DNA of 64,000 nt from contig BAAIJX010000030.1 of assembly GCA_054600435.1 (NCBI GenBank), positions 186,001-250,000 of the forward strand, given 5' to 3'. The notes under the pieces were generated by a model. It saw only the letters and a list, made by a program, of their open reading frames with translations, did no database searches and was not told the origin of the DNA. Position numbers and translations under genes: made by a program. Of the stretch, positions 47,401-61,366 are shown one piece after another. Origin of the DNA: Neophaeotheca triangularis. Taxonomy: Eukaryota. Numbering within the stretch: position 1 is the first letter of the stretch; each line of letters opens with the position of its first letter.

Positions 47401-48246
47401 CACCTCTGTGACACGCACTTCGCAGACACCTACACAGCCCGCACACGCGACGACAAAGACTTCGCCATGGAGCGCGCCACGGAAGCCATGGACGCCCCTG
47501 TCCAGGAGAATGGCGAAGAAGTCGCCAACCAAACCAACCCTTCCGCCCCGCACCCGCGAAGCCAAAGCGAAATGCGTGAAGCCGCTGACGAGCTCTCATC
47601 GCTCAGCGTCTCCCAAAACGGCGCCAGCAGCATCACGGGCAGCATCAAACGCTACCGCACCCCCACCACGCCCGACCGTTCAAGCGTCAACAGCGCCGTG
47701 TGGGACGACGCCCTCTTCGACTCTGACGGCAGCGACGTTGACTCGGACGACGTCGACGAGCGCAACATGGTCTCGCGCTTCCTGAACCCCATGGAGAAAA
47801 CCCCGCTCCCCCAAACCCCAGAGCGCGCTTACCAACCCGAGCGCCAGCGCGTCGGCAGCACTTCCACCTCCACCGCCTCAGCCTCCAACCCCGGCTCCCC
47901 CGTCTCTCCGGATTTCCACCGCGGTCTCGGCCCCAGCTCGCCCTCCGCAACTTCCGGCCGCAGACTCAGCAGCCACGGCCGCAGCGCTTCCAACCCCAAA
48001 ACCACAAAGTCCGGCAGCACTCTGCCCCGCATCGGCGAGCCCGTGGCCGTGGAATCCGTCGTCCCGGACGCCAGCGTCGTGCAAGAGCCTGAACCCTTGC
48101 GTCATGCCAGCGGGACGGCGGAAGTAGGGCTGGGCAAGAGTCCGGCCGAGCTGGTTAGTCCCGGCGCTGGCAAGAGGGGGAGCAGGGGGTTAATAGAGGA
48201 GGCGACCAGGAGGGGGAGTAAGAGTGGAGATTCCGAGCGTCGGTAG
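44479..48246 (+). CDS. Putative lipase/serine esterase, DUF676 (Rog1-like); ORF extends upstream to 44308
   Basis: VVRYTLTY, LRAAYLHGPYTL, HLVVLTHGLHSN, nucleophile elbow ISFIGHSLGG, NDGIVPLRTS, DAHNNMVVRRMFANAYGW. Confidence 0.9.
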   Translation: MLLLHQSGAVKIGQVVRYTLTYTPSNDRILPTPKQLHLKIKNTSPIPLRAAYLHGPYTLHVSAYPRSFDPHRKAEAGEYGDEGTPEFEPMLKAGGYWVSTLKVPDGIRQTGASFAQSGRRQSSQAPGASSGANAEGQGETAENGSVTWIIEISSQILFSTSATVNFEVLVGRDERSLDLGFAAVAGHGHGGPAKLEDHYGSAGARKKSRNEGNRQTAGVYSHAVKLVVEDTEALWDKPHLPTWEPPGKADGDKKNGDDSGKSTTAGSKGKRRKKIHLVVLTHGLHSNLGADMLFLKESIDATVKQARVDAKKRKAGYRQKEAEKKQPPSPDGEAVNEHDNESGGQHKTSTAPLSGGQGDLPDELAREEQDEEDEDDEEEVIVRGFNGNAVRTENGIQYLGKRLAKWVLKFTYPDQPFYPVKKPLSQTITDSFKTHADKTRRDGAQAHEGSSVHSSQSREAADKLPYKFTSISFIGHSLGGLVQTYAIAYIQKHAPHFFETITPVNFICMASPMLGLSNENPLYVRFALDWRLVGRTGQDLGLTWRPPTLAKGGWNAMIGGLGGNDKEQKNGDPAAKPLLRILPTGPAHQILKKFRNKTVYSNVVNDGIVPLRTSCLLFLDWRGLGKVDKARRGNGLIGTVAEWGWAEITGANSSSMPPHVELSQENDDSDNEHVRKGEGETVPQPGDNVTAQDNLDIERRLSAQSGDASRQGSGSSKPSTTSSVAKKSSPQAPPQPQRGFLDNVLDFFRPSQQEPQTTAQPSKKVQKALRRAQTVSQGQDELPEEIARGREGTTSNPVMRPHHHASERVHDAKPKRPMATRGDTQINDPEGAQAPPRTTIFESAGDILHPPIPSKLWITDPSSRARTIFHDRVYHPEDIPPPPTKGSRSRLARTFSSESMNKTTSNSSAAGSNSSAQSQTQPDHGAMSVEEKIARAYHRDLSWRKVLVRLEPDAHNNMVVRRMFANAYGWPVVKHLCDTHFADTYTARTRDDKDFAMERATEAMDAPVQENGEEVANQTNPSAPHPRSQSEMREAADELSSLSVSQNGASSITGSIKRYRTPTTPDRSSVNSAVWDDALFDSDGSDVDSDDVDERNMVSRFLNPMEKTPLPQTPERAYQPERQRVGSTSTSTASASNPGSPVSPDFHRGLGPSSPSATSGRRLSSHGRSASNPKTTKSGSTLPRIGEPVAVESVVPDASVVQEPEPLRHASGTAEVGLGKSPAELVSPGAGKRGSRGLIEEATRRGSKSGDSERR

Positions 48247-49023
48247 GGGATCGTAGAGTTAAGAAACAAGCTGGGGGAAGTTGGGGGAGAGGCGTGGTTT
48301 TGGCGGTGCCGGGAGCTTGCGTGTGAGAGAGAGGCCTTAGTTTGGAGCGGCTCCGTGTTGTTGTTTTGGTGTCGAGTGTATACTATATACCCCGATTTCC
48401 CGTCGCGACCTTTACTTCTCTGTACGAACACATGAAACAGACTTACTCACAACACCACTCGACGGGAAATTTTTGCCACTAGAGCAGACGCTTCGGGTTT
48501 TAGGCGGGCGGCCCTATACATCTTACAAATCTGCACGTCGCCAGGGCCCTGCCCTCCCCGTATACCGAGGATTATGCCCTACGCATCGATTAAGCAAGTA
48601 GAAGTGACACTGGACCTTGCTTAGCAGGCAGGCAAGAAAAGAGGTGAAGCACGCAAAGAAAGACCGAGGAAAGATTTGCAAAAGGTGCAAGACTCGAATG
48701 GTGTAGTGAGATATTTGATGTGATTCGTACCAATTTTCACCACTGTACGTGTACTTTTTGAAAAAAAAGGAGATTGTATTTTGTTGCTGGGAAGAGGGAT
48801 TTTCCCAAACGTCTAGTAGAGCGACTATGCAAAAGCGCAGGAGGAAAAAAAAAAAAAGAAGTCATTGTAATGGCGGGAAGGCAATGACAATGCCATTTCG
48901 CGCGATCCTCGCTTTGCGCAACTGTATCCTTCCCGTGAACACATCATCCTCCGAAAACATACCCCCAAAAATAAACCTCACCTCGCATTAATTCCTCCCC
49001 CAACTGACGCCCCTCGTCTACAT

Positions 49024-51866
49024 CTACAGAGCGAACAAAAGCGCGACACTGACGGCGAAAAGGCTACCGCCGACACGTCCGGCACCGGAATCGAAGGGGA
49101 CGACGGGCACGCCGCTAGCAGTGGCGCTGGGAGCGAAACCCGTGCTGAAACCCGTCGAGCCCGTGGGGTAGCCGGCCGGAGGGGAAGCCTCGCCCACGGC
49201 GTCGGCGGTCGGGTAGGCGGGCGCTTCGGTGGGGCTGCCGGCGCCGAGACCAGTGCTCGCGCTCGGCGTGCCGTCGACCGTTACCGTGTGAGTTGTGAAT
49301 TGCACTTGTGGAACGGTGATGGTGGTTAGGAGGAGCGAGGTGGTGTTGGTGTCTGGCATGGGCTGGCCTTGGGAGATGCCGGTTTGGTAGGTTTGTGGGA
49401 CGGTGACGGGGGCCGAGTAGGTTATGACGGTCGAGGGGGCGGGTTTCGGGGCGTCGGTTGGGGCTGGGCTGGGGGCGACGATGGGGGTGCTTTCTTCGGC
49501 TGCCGGTGCGGTGGGAGCGGCGGAGCTGGTGGTGGGGGCCGGGTAGGGGACTGGAACTGCGTCAACTTCGGTGGACGGCTTGGCTGGGTATTCGGCTGGG
49601 GCGGTGCCGGTTTGGTTTGGAACGCCGGGGGAAGACTCGCTCGGGACAGCAGGGACTTCGGGCTCGGCTGGGATGGCAGGAGTCTCGCTTTCGATTGGCA
49701 TGGGACCGGGGGCGGACTCGGCGGGTACTGCTTCGCTAGCTGATGGAGCTGGGTAGTCGGTCAAGACGGCAGTCACTGGGCAGACGGTGGTGTAGAGGGC
49801 GACAGTGCTGGTGACTTCGACCGTGGACTCGGCCGGGCAGTCAGCGACCTCTGGGGCGCAGCTAGTCACGGTTTCGATAGCGGTCGAGAAGACGGTGGAG
49901 GTGGTCATGGGCTCGGTGGATTCGGAAGCGGGGAGCTCGCTGTAGGGAGGAGCAGTGACGGACTCGACCGGGACAGCCTCGCTCTCTACTGGAGCAGCCT
50001 CGCTGGCAGATGGAGTTGGGTAGTCAGTCAAGACAGCAGTGACGGGGCACACCGTGGTGTAGAGGGCGATGGTGCTGGTAACCTCAACGGTGGACTCGGC
50101 AGGGCAGTCAGCAACCTCTGGTGCGCAGCTAGTGATGGTCTGGATGTCGGTAGAGAAGACTGTCGAAGTTGTCATGGGCTCAGTCGATTCGGACGGAGGG
50201 AGCTCACTGTAGCCAGGAGCAGAGGTGGTGATTGGGCTGACCTCAGTCGAGCTGGTGTAGGCCGGAACGCTCTCCTCGACAACGGGAGCCGACGTCTCTT
50301 CCACGGGAGCAGCCTCACTGGAAGTATATGGAGTAGCAGTTACAGTAGGGGTGACGGTGGATGGGCAGGCAGTGATAATGGCCGGGTTCTCTGGGACGTG
50401 AGGAGCGCAGATACCCATGAGGTACGAGGCAGCACCGGAGGTCTTGTCGTCAGAGTCAGACCAGGCACTGATGCATGCGTAGACGTCCTTCATGAATTGC
50501 TCGTCTTTGCAGTAGCAGTCGGAGTCGGAGTTGTCCTTGCATTCGGTCTGGTACATCCAGGTGTTTAAGCACTTGGGGAGAGTGTCCGGGCAGTCGGGCG
50601 TCTCGTACTCGGGAACAGGAGAAGTCTCAGTAACGGGGGACACCTCGGTAGAAGTGGCGGGAGCGCCGTAGCTTGGAACAGCAACAGTGCTGTTCTGAAC
50701 GACCGGAGTAGTGGAGCCAGACGAGGCAGGGTAAGTGGCAGGGACGGTCTCTTCGCTCGTCTTTGAGAGGACTGGAACATCAGCGGTAGATGACGAGATG
50801 GGGTAGATGGCCGGGACGGTCTCAGAAACGGGATATGTCTCGATAGAAGAGGTCGACAGGACTGGGACGTCAGCAGTGGAGCTGGAAAGGACTGGGACCT
50901 CGACGGAGGAGCTCGAGAGAACCGGTGCCACAACAGTGGAGCTAGAGACGACTGGGATAACAACCGTAGAGCTCTCAGAGTCGGCCGGCATGGATGTGTT
51001 GTAAGACGGCACGCTGTAAACCGGGGCCGACGAAGAGACGACTGGGACCAGAGTAGAGTAGACGGGAATGACGTCGGAGACGGAAGCGCTCTCAACATCG
51101 GTCCTCGAGTACTTCAGCACGTCAGAGGTGTAGGCCTCAGTGCTGGAGGTAGTGAGGGCGGGGACAGAGGTAAGAGCATCGGCAGTGGACGAGCTGTAAG
51201 CGGCGGCAGAGGTGCTAGTCCACGGCAGAGTCGAAGTACCCCTGTCGCAGTTGAAGTCGACCTTGTGGATGCCAATGTGGCAAGGCTTGCCATCCTTCTT
51301 TGGGCCGCGGTGCTTGAAAGTCACAGACTTGGCACCGCCGCACTGGGTGTTTTTGATGATGGAGCCACCGGCACGGCAAGGGGTGACGTGCTGGCATTTG
51401 CTGCCGTCGGGCATGGAGTACTCGCAGTCGAGCTCGGTGTCGTAGTCGGTGGAGACGTGCATCTCGTCAATGGACATCTCGTCGTTGTCCTCGCAGGAGA
51501 AAGAGGGTTGTTCGTCAAGGTTGCCCTCGATACTCTTGCTTCCAAAGGTGCGCTTGGTGAGAGCATCGCGCTTGCCGTACCTGTTGCCGCAGGTGAAGCC
51601 GTGGAACCTGTTGCTACCGTACTTGTTGAAGGGTCCAGTGGGCAGTTCAGACCAATCGTAGCCGGAAGTTTGCTTGGGAGAGCAGTGGTTGTTGTGGTTG
51701 AATGGGGTGCCGTAGCCACGGGCACGCACGTCCCAGCCCTGCATTAATTGAGTGTTAGAATGTTGGTTCATGGCCTTGTTCGAGATTGTGACTGCTCTGT
51801 TCTTACAGTGGCGACGGCTTGCTGGGCAGCTAGGCCCGCCACTACAATGGCAGTGGTGTAATGCAT
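49024..51866 (-). CDS. GPI-anchored cell-wall adhesin with CFEM domain (Metarhizium Mad1-like), 2 exons (intron 51739-51806)
   Basis: Signal-peptide exon MHYTTAIVVAGLAAQQAVAT, Cys-containing N-domain (GYDWSELPTG, IIKNTQCGGAKSVTF), Ser/Thr/Pro repeats, CFEM-like CPDTLPKCLNTW...DCYCKD...CISAW...GICA, hydrophobic GPI-type C-terminus. Confidence 0.88.
49729..50211 (-). repeat. Intragenic tandem duplication in the adhesin: two 216-bp (72-aa) copies, 267-bp period
   Basis: YSELP.SESTEPMTTSTVFST...TSCAPEVADCPAESTVEVTST.ALYTTVCPVTAVLTDYP.PSASEA at 49996-50211 and 49729-49944. Confidence 0.92.
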
Positions 51867-52256
51867 CTTGGGGGAGAGAATGCTTGGTAGGTCTTCAGTA
51901 AAGGCTGAGACTGGGAACGTGACAGGGAACTGTCGTAGAAAGTTGCGAGGTTGATGAACGAGCGTATGTGATTAAATTAGTAGATATAGATTGGGAAAGA
52001 ACGAGAGGCACCCTCTATGGTGAGGGGGAGGTAGAGTTCTCGAGTGAGAGGGTACTCGAAAACCGAAAGAGTATGGGGTGGGGGAGGAGGAGGGAGAGGA
52101 GGGAGACGAAACGAAAGGTCAAGGGGAAGGTTGTAGCATGTTATAGCGGCCTCGTACCGGAATCGACTCACCAAGGCCACGGCGAGTCGTCGAATGTCTC
52201 CCATTACAGCAGCAGATGGTCGACGCCAGTCCAGAGAGGGCAAAGCGAGCGTCTCG

Positions 52257-52275
52257 GACTGACTGACTGACTGAC
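52257..52275. repeat. Short (GACT)n microsatellite upstream of the adhesin
   Basis: gactgactgactgactgac read directly. Confidence 0.75.
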
Positions 52276-53915
52276 TCCTGAGTGCTGAGGCTCGTCGGGT
52301 GGTCGGGCTAACGTTATCGTTACCTCTGGAGGTACAGTTGGAAACATGGGCCAGGATAATACCCGCTCACCTGACCTGAATTTTCCAGGGTTGTTAATAA
52401 TAGACTATCCATGGAAGAGTTGATGTTTCATCAAGAGTCGCAGAATCGCGCGCTAATAATGATATTGTGATGCAGGTACCCAGCGATGATCGAGGACAAA
52501 GGTCTGAAGAGCAGTGGGGAGAGTGTCTGATGATTGGTACTTGTCAAGTCTTCCCCTGTTTCAGGTGGTAAGCGTGCGGTAACTTGAGCGTCTTCTTCGC
52601 GCCATGATTCCGTGACAATAATAATAATAACAATAACAATAATGAGACCAAGCATGTCCATTATTGTCTATTGTGGCATTGTCCCCCACTAACTCATAAC
52701 AATTCGCGAGCGTGGATTGCTCGCCGAGACGAGACCTACCTGGTGTCCTGGCCAAATTTGGCTAAAGGTATATACTGTAATAGTATGGCTTGACCGGCGC
52801 TACGCGTGCCAATAATTGCCGCCGCCTCCTATAACTTGGAAGTCGTCCATGCCGCATACATAACACCCTGGAAGTACACGGCTCCAAACGACTTCCATCC
52901 TCGTCGTCTCCGGGGCTAAATTGATTCTCGCGAGCAGAGATCGCCTCAAGGTTGCTTCTCCCTACAGTACAATCAGTCACAGCACGTCCTCTCTCTCTCA
53001 ATCGGAAACAAATGGATAGCACCGACCAACTCGATGGCCTATGCAGCCATCACCATTCACAGCTGCAGAGACAGCTCATCCGCACTCTTGTCAAGCTGCA
53101 CCTAGCCATCATTATTATTATTCTAGCCAGGCAAGCCAGCTCTCGCTATAACTTATAGTAGAGCTCCAAGACCAACGTCGCGCTCGAGCTTCATCTGTCT
53201 AAATAAATCTATTAAGGGTGAGGTACCCGGATTTCCGCCAAACCCGCACGTGCTGCTGTCGCATTGTCCATGGTACTGGACAGTAGTATAATTAGTATGC
53301 GAGCGTGTATTGATTCACTGCCACGCTCAACGGCGAGCGCGGGCTCCCGACCGCGTGAGACAGTCCGCCATGTTCGCTTCCTTGTGCGCTTGCCCGAGCA
53401 GCGAGCGGGTTTGCTTCCGCTCGCCACGATACTACTATAGAGGGTGGAAGAGTCTTGCTGTGCTCTACCTAGCCGTTTGGCCTCACAGTCGTCTTGTCTT
53501 TATTGTCTTGGAGACTCGACAGTGGGATTGCAGTTCTCTTGGCTTCCGGTAGGCGAAGGATAACATAATACAGCGGTGCCTAGGCAGGATGCCGGGGAAA
53601 AGTTGAAAGGGGTCGTCGATGGGACTAGCACTACCTGCGCCTTCCTGGGCTGTCTCTCGCTAGCTGAGCTAGAAGTCTCAGTTTCACGCTTCTAGGAGAT
53701 GCGTCTGGCTTTCGAACGAATAATAACAAACGGTCAGCGTTCCCAACGAGGAGGTCGAGACTCCAGACTCCTACCTTCGCTTTCACCTGTCTTGAGATTC
53801 CGAGGCAAGAACCACGCAAATCAGCAGTGTCGTACATTCATATTCTCATCTAACAACACCAATACGCCTTCTGCACCGGCAACCACCTTGCCGGACGGAA
53901 CAGCCAAAAGAGTTC

Positions 53916-56033
<2,118 letters not shown>

Positions 56034-57228
56034 CTACCTTTGCATAGCGGGTTGGAGGCCCCATATATTTCTATGCATCCTGTCAAAGCTGATGTGGCGT
56101 GGACCTGCGTTTCCCGAGCCGGACGATAGGAACCGCGCTATGCTGGCTGTTGCTTTGCTCACATGCTACGCGGGTTTCGCCATCCGGGCCAACGTACCTT
56201 TGCGAGCTGGAGTTGTGTTGTGTGGGTTCCCCGCGTGAGCTCTAGTAGCTCTTTGGGTCTGTCGGGCGAATCAAGAGTTCAAAACGCGCTTCTGAGGCTC
56301 GAGACGAGCATCAAAGGAGCGACTGACTCGCAACGGGGCCAAAGGGGGGCCTATCTGGCGTGGAGATTGCGCGAGATGTTCCTGTGGGCTGAGTCTTATT
56401 CCCTTGTATTTGTGGAGAAGGTTCGGGGAGAGTTTGGCGGCGCTTGGAGAAGATGGGGCAAGATGAGCGGGGTAGAAGATTGAGTGGGCAGGTTTGGCGA
56501 GAGAGATGGGAGGGGTTGGGATGAGGAAGAGGATGGAGAGGAGAGGAGAGGAAACTGTGCCGTGCTAAAGTCGAAGATCATACTTTACCTTTGGCTCTGG
56601 TTTGGGCCCATCGACACCTTATGATCTGTAGTTGGGCGGTCGGCGGGGCAGGCTCGCATGGGAAGACGGCCATAAGGTACCTGCTCTCTGCCTATGTCGA
56701 CGCGGAGCACAAGATCGCCGAGATATGTCCTTGACTTCTTATCTAGAGGATCCAAGTTCCAACTGGCAATCACAACTGGTGTCTCGGTGTCTTCCGGGTC
56801 CGAAATGAACCTTCAGAAGTGGTGGCGCGCAGTCACGAGGCGATTGCATCGCGGGAATTGGAGAAGGGAGATACTCAAACATGCGTCTTCCGTCCAACGT
56901 CTTCTTCGCGATCTCACCAGCCTACCAATCTGCGTATCACGTCAGAGTATTCGAGTTCTTCACAGCACATTGATCGGGCAACTGGTTGAAAGGAAAGCAC
57001 CAGTGCAGCGTGCCATTGTTCGATGAAGTCTTGCGTGGTCGTTGGGCCCGGTCAGGACCTGCCGAGATCATGGGAGTCGTGGCCGGAAGAACGAGAAAAG
57101 TGTTGCAGAACGTTTCTGTCTAGTCAACGATAGTATGAGAAGTAAGCGTGCCCGTGTAGGTAGGCATGCTCTTCCCGTATGTAGTTGCATGCCTTCCGCA
57201 TCGGGTCAGCGGGTTCAAAATTATGAAG

Positions 57229-57236
57229 TGACGTCA
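57229..57236. promoter_or_regulatory. Perfect CRE palindrome TGACGTCA about 90 nt upstream of the OXLD1-like gene
   Basis: Motif read directly. Function is inferred. Confidence 0.4.
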
Positions 57237-57327
57237 GCCGAAGCTTCGATTGAAGGGAAACTTGCACTTGAACTTTGCGACATACTCCTTGCGTGCACCT
57301 TTACATTAAATACACTCGTCCTAGACC

Positions 57328-58008
57328 ATGCGACCTGCGCTGCGTGCTGTATTTCCGAGATCTCACATTCAAACTCCATGTCGTGGGCGACACATATCCT
57401 TCCCTCGATTAGGGGAACATCCGCAACAGAAGCGATACGCCTCCCAAAGCAACTCCGCCCAACCCGAACCTACCGATGGCTTCTACGAAGACTTACTCAA
57501 TGCACCGCTACACTCGGTACAACCAGGCACCCGCACCGCACCAACGCCTCCCCCACCGGAAGAGCTGCCCAAAACCGAAAAAGAAGAGACACTCGCAAAA
57601 GCCCGCGTGGTCTTCGGTTCGCGCCTAGCAGGACCCGTGGAGCGTCAGCAGCAATTATACCATCTATCGCAAAACATCGCGGGCGTTCTCGTACCCCCTC
57701 GTCCAGAAGAGCCGGATAACTGCTGCATGTCTGGCTGTGTGAACTGTGTCTGGGATCAATATCGCGATGAATTGGAGGAATGGGCCGCTAAGAATGCGGA
57801 AGCGAAGGCTAAGAAGATGGAAGCAAGTGCGAGAGACCAGGCCGCTTCGAGCATGGATGATGACGGTGGTGGGTCCGAGGCAAATTGGGAATCTGCACCC
57901 GCTGGGGAGGATCTGTTTGAGGGAGTACCTGTGGGCATCAGGGAGTTCATGAGGACTGAGAAGAAGCTGAAGCTGAGGCACCAACAAGAGGATAGTGAAG
58001 GGGGCTGA
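57328..58008 (+). CDS. Mitochondrial oxidoreductase-like domain protein (OXLD1/UPF0651 family)
   Basis: Arg-rich presequence, ARVVFGSRLAGP, PPRPEEPDNCCMSGCVNCVWD, VPVGIREFMRTEKKLK. Confidence 0.9.
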   Translation: MRPALRAVFPRSHIQTPCRGRHISFPRLGEHPQQKRYASQSNSAQPEPTDGFYEDLLNAPLHSVQPGTRTAPTPPPPEELPKTEKEETLAKARVVFGSRLAGPVERQQQLYHLSQNIAGVLVPPRPEEPDNCCMSGCVNCVWDQYRDELEEWAAKNAEAKAKKMEASARDQAASSMDDDGGGSEANWESAPAGEDLFEGVPVGIREFMRTEKKLKLRHQQEDSEGG

Positions 58009-59474
58009 GATGAACTTCTCTCGGGTACCTTTCTCATTGGTCGTGTGGGGGCTGTGGTCCTGCAATTGGAGACTGCGCTGGCTCGTCGGCTTGGACGGAG
58101 CAAACAGGTGGCATTGATTCTTCCCGCGGATGAACACAGGATGGTGCCCAAGAGAGCACATCCGCCGAACATGCCGCTTGCTGAATAACCACAGCATTGG
58201 GGTAGGGTCTTCTGTTGCTGCGCTCGCGGAAGACGTCAGCAGGATACACACAAACGGTTGGTGGGCTGAGGCTGCGTTGATGGCGAGACATCGTGAACAC
58301 GCGCCTTGACTGGGTTTGTCGAAGGAACCCTGGACACGAAAGATTTCGCAGAAGTGTTTACATCGGCGAACGATACTTGCCATACTTACCTAGGTAGCCT
58401 GAAGCCGAAGATGGAGGCTGGTTTTCCCGCGTCATACCAAGCTCCATTAATCGACTGACATTGGCGAGTAATTGTACACTTGGGGTCTGAATTTGCGAAG
58501 TAGATACCTATTGCAACAGATGTACTAACGTAAATACTTTGATCGAACGCCATAGGAGCTTTACCGGCCCTCGTCGCCATCTTTCTGGGTTAGATCACCA
58601 TCATCTATAGCTCCCAGCACAGCTTCTGTGTCGTTCGGAATGTGTCATTACATTCTCACTCAGGCATGGGTTGGTACCACTCGCACTCTTCAACACTTGT
58701 ACCTCCTAAGGGGACCTAGTCTAGTTGCATGACAGAGGGTTAGTGTTGTGGTACTCAGTACACGTGACTGTTCTGACTCGCTCCCGCGGAACTACATCTT
58801 GTGAATCTCGCGACTTCACGTTTGAGTTTATTGGCAGCACTCGCATCAGCAGTGTGAAGATGATTGGCGCCAGACCCTGACTACGGATACTCCTCCTCTT
58901 GACCCTCATGTCGCGAATAATGGACATCAACCAGGCGCTGACCTTTTTCAGGCGGTATCAATGGATTTCTCACAGTTCCAAGAAAAGTCAATCGATTCTG
59001 CTCTTCACGGACCAGAGTCGCCTCCACGGCTTTGCGCTGCGCCCGGACGTCACAATGTCGTCGGCTTGGCAATCAACAGAAGCCTATTTGACCAGTGGGT
59101 GAGTGTGTCTATGTACTAGCCTCTAGCCCAATCTCGCAAGTCTTGCTTGCAATCTTTGCCCAGGGGGTTGGCAGTTGGCACGAAGTACTACACAGAAGTA
59201 TCAAGTAATCCAAGAGCTGCCCTTTGCAAGAAGTTTTTCCGCTGAAAGTGACACCGTTCCCACAAGCTCGTTGAAGGCTATAAAGTACGGAAAAGTGGAT
59301 TGAGAACGTAGCTGCTTCCAGCTCCTGTTCCTCTGTTTCCAGTCTGCAATTACCAACGACCACCGCCCTAGAAAACCCAGATACCTTCGGCTACACGGCC
59401 TTTCAACGAGTACGCAATCGGGCACCGCAATAATACGATACATGGCCCATTGAAAAGGACATGCCTGGCTTTGG

Positions 59475-61292
59475 ATGATGCCCCTTCAACGCAACAATCA
59501 GATACAGACCATTGTCGCTCTTCTAGCCTTATGGTGCACAGCAGCAGCGGCGAATGCGCCCACTTCACTTACGGGATATGACTGGGGACTTCGCAGCCTA
59601 TACCCTCGCCAATCCTTCAAGTCATTTGATCTCGAGCCTCCATTGGTAAATTTCCTGCAATGGAGTGAAGCCTGCAACCATGGCCATACGCTTCTGACCC
59701 CAAGAGGCACGCTCGTATGGCAACCAGCTCCCTTGATTGTCGATGGAAGAGGCGAATTGGTGTGGATGGACGATCGATTTGGGGAAGTTATGAACCTTGA
59801 CGTGCAGGAGTACAAAGGCGAACAGTATCTCACCTTTTGGACGGGCCAATTCGACGAGGGATGCGGGAGAGGCCACTATTACATGGTAAATGGTATTTCG
59901 CTAGCATCGCAAGCAGTAGTAGTTCTGACTTTCGTTTAGCTCGATTCTTCGTACCAGGTTTTCCGCCAATTCTCGCCCGCAGGCTCGATCAGAGGCGATT
60001 TTCACGAGATCAAAATCACCAAGAAAAACACCGTCTTGATCACGATGTACGACGTCTCGCCAGCAGATCTATCAAAGTTCGGCGTTTGGGGTCAAGGCTG
60101 GATATCAGATAGCATCTTTCAGGAAATCGATATCGAGACCGGCGAGCTGTTGTTCGAATGGCGGGCTTCTGAGCATTACGACATCACTGACACATACGAA
60201 GCCATTGGTTCAAAAGGCGGTAGCCCCGAGAAGGCTTGGGATTTCTTCCACATCAACAGCATCGACAAGGATGATGAGGGGAACTACTACGTCTCTTCCC
60301 GTTTCATGCACAGCATCACTTGTATATCGCCCACTGGCGAAACACGCTGGGTTCTGGGTGGGGAGAGGAACGATTTCACGGATATGTCAGACGGCAAGGC
60401 GATTTCTTCCAAATGGCAACACGACATGACACTCCACGACAACATGACCATCTCTCTTTTCGACAATGCAGAGCACGACAAATTCGTGCACGACGGAACG
60501 GTCGGCCGTGGCATGGTCATATCTCTGAACATTGAAAAAATGACCGCTGAGATCCTACAGACTTTTGACAATCCTGATGGTCGTGCGCCTCCGTCACAAG
60601 GTTCTATGCAGTACGATTCGGCTACGGGTGCGGCCTTTGTGGGCTGGGGGTTCCACGGCGGATACACAGACTTTGACAGCGAAGGCAATGTTCTCTGCCA
60701 CGCGCACATTACACCCTCTCTGACTTTTGATTTGGGGTGGGTACATTCCTACCGGACAATGCGGACGGACTCCTGGGTTGGCAAGCCGGCCGCGCCTCCA
60801 TCACTCTACATGACTCGGAAAGCTGCTGGTGTGTTTGTCAGCTGGAACGGCGCGACCGAAGTCAAGAGATGGAGGTTAGAGATGGCCAATGTACCGGATG
60901 CACCGATGGACGACCTCGAATTCGTGGAAATCGCTCACGCGGCGAAGCGAGGCTTTGAGACCTACATAGATCTGCCCGCTCGTTACACACACGCCTACTT
61001 GCGAGTTGCTGCCGTGAACGCCGAGGATCGCACTCTTGGGCACACTGCCATTGTCGACACGGACAAAGGCTCGGCACCCAAGGTCCTCTCGCCGCGACTC
61101 AGACTACAAAAACTAGTCTCGGACATACCGAAATACCTGCTCGCACTTCTCATCGTTGGCATCGTGATGTGGTCCGTTAGGAAGCGACTGACGTGGATAC
61201 TGCGATTATGCGCCAAGGCGCCGGGGATGAAACAGCTGGCCCGTAGGAGACGGGGGAAGCAATACGAAATGGAGCCGTTGTACCGCGACTGA
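59475..61292 (+). CDS. Arylsulfotransferase (ASST)-domain secreted/membrane protein, 2 exons (intron 59886-59939)
   Basis: Signal peptide, VQEYKGEQYLTFW, GDFHEIKIT, FQEIDIETGELLFEWRASEH, DFFHINSIDKD, WQHD, SQGSMQ, VSWNGATEV, C-terminal TM helix. Confidence 0.9.
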
Positions 61293-61366
61293 GTGCTATT
61301 TGTTCATATTCATCAACATCATTGCTTCGGCGGACCAAAGTAGTCATTTACTTTACAAGCAGTGCT

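Noticed and set aside
56585..57300. 110-aa and 225-aa ORFs upstream of the OXLD1-like gene
   Set aside because: No recognisable domain or coding bias; the longer one overlaps the real gene out of frame.
58382..58500. ATACTTACCT...GGTTTTCCC resembling the 5' end of U1 snRNA
   Set aside because: It lacks the conserved loop I (GATCA.GAAG), loop II (CATTGCAC) and a clear Sm site, and overlaps the common TACCTAGGTA motif. An Infernal/Rfam scan would settle it.
58660..58710. Frame reading GMGWYHSHSST, similar to the multicopper oxidase WYHSH motif
   Set aside because: No HWHG or other copper motifs nearby and the frame closes quickly; probably chance.
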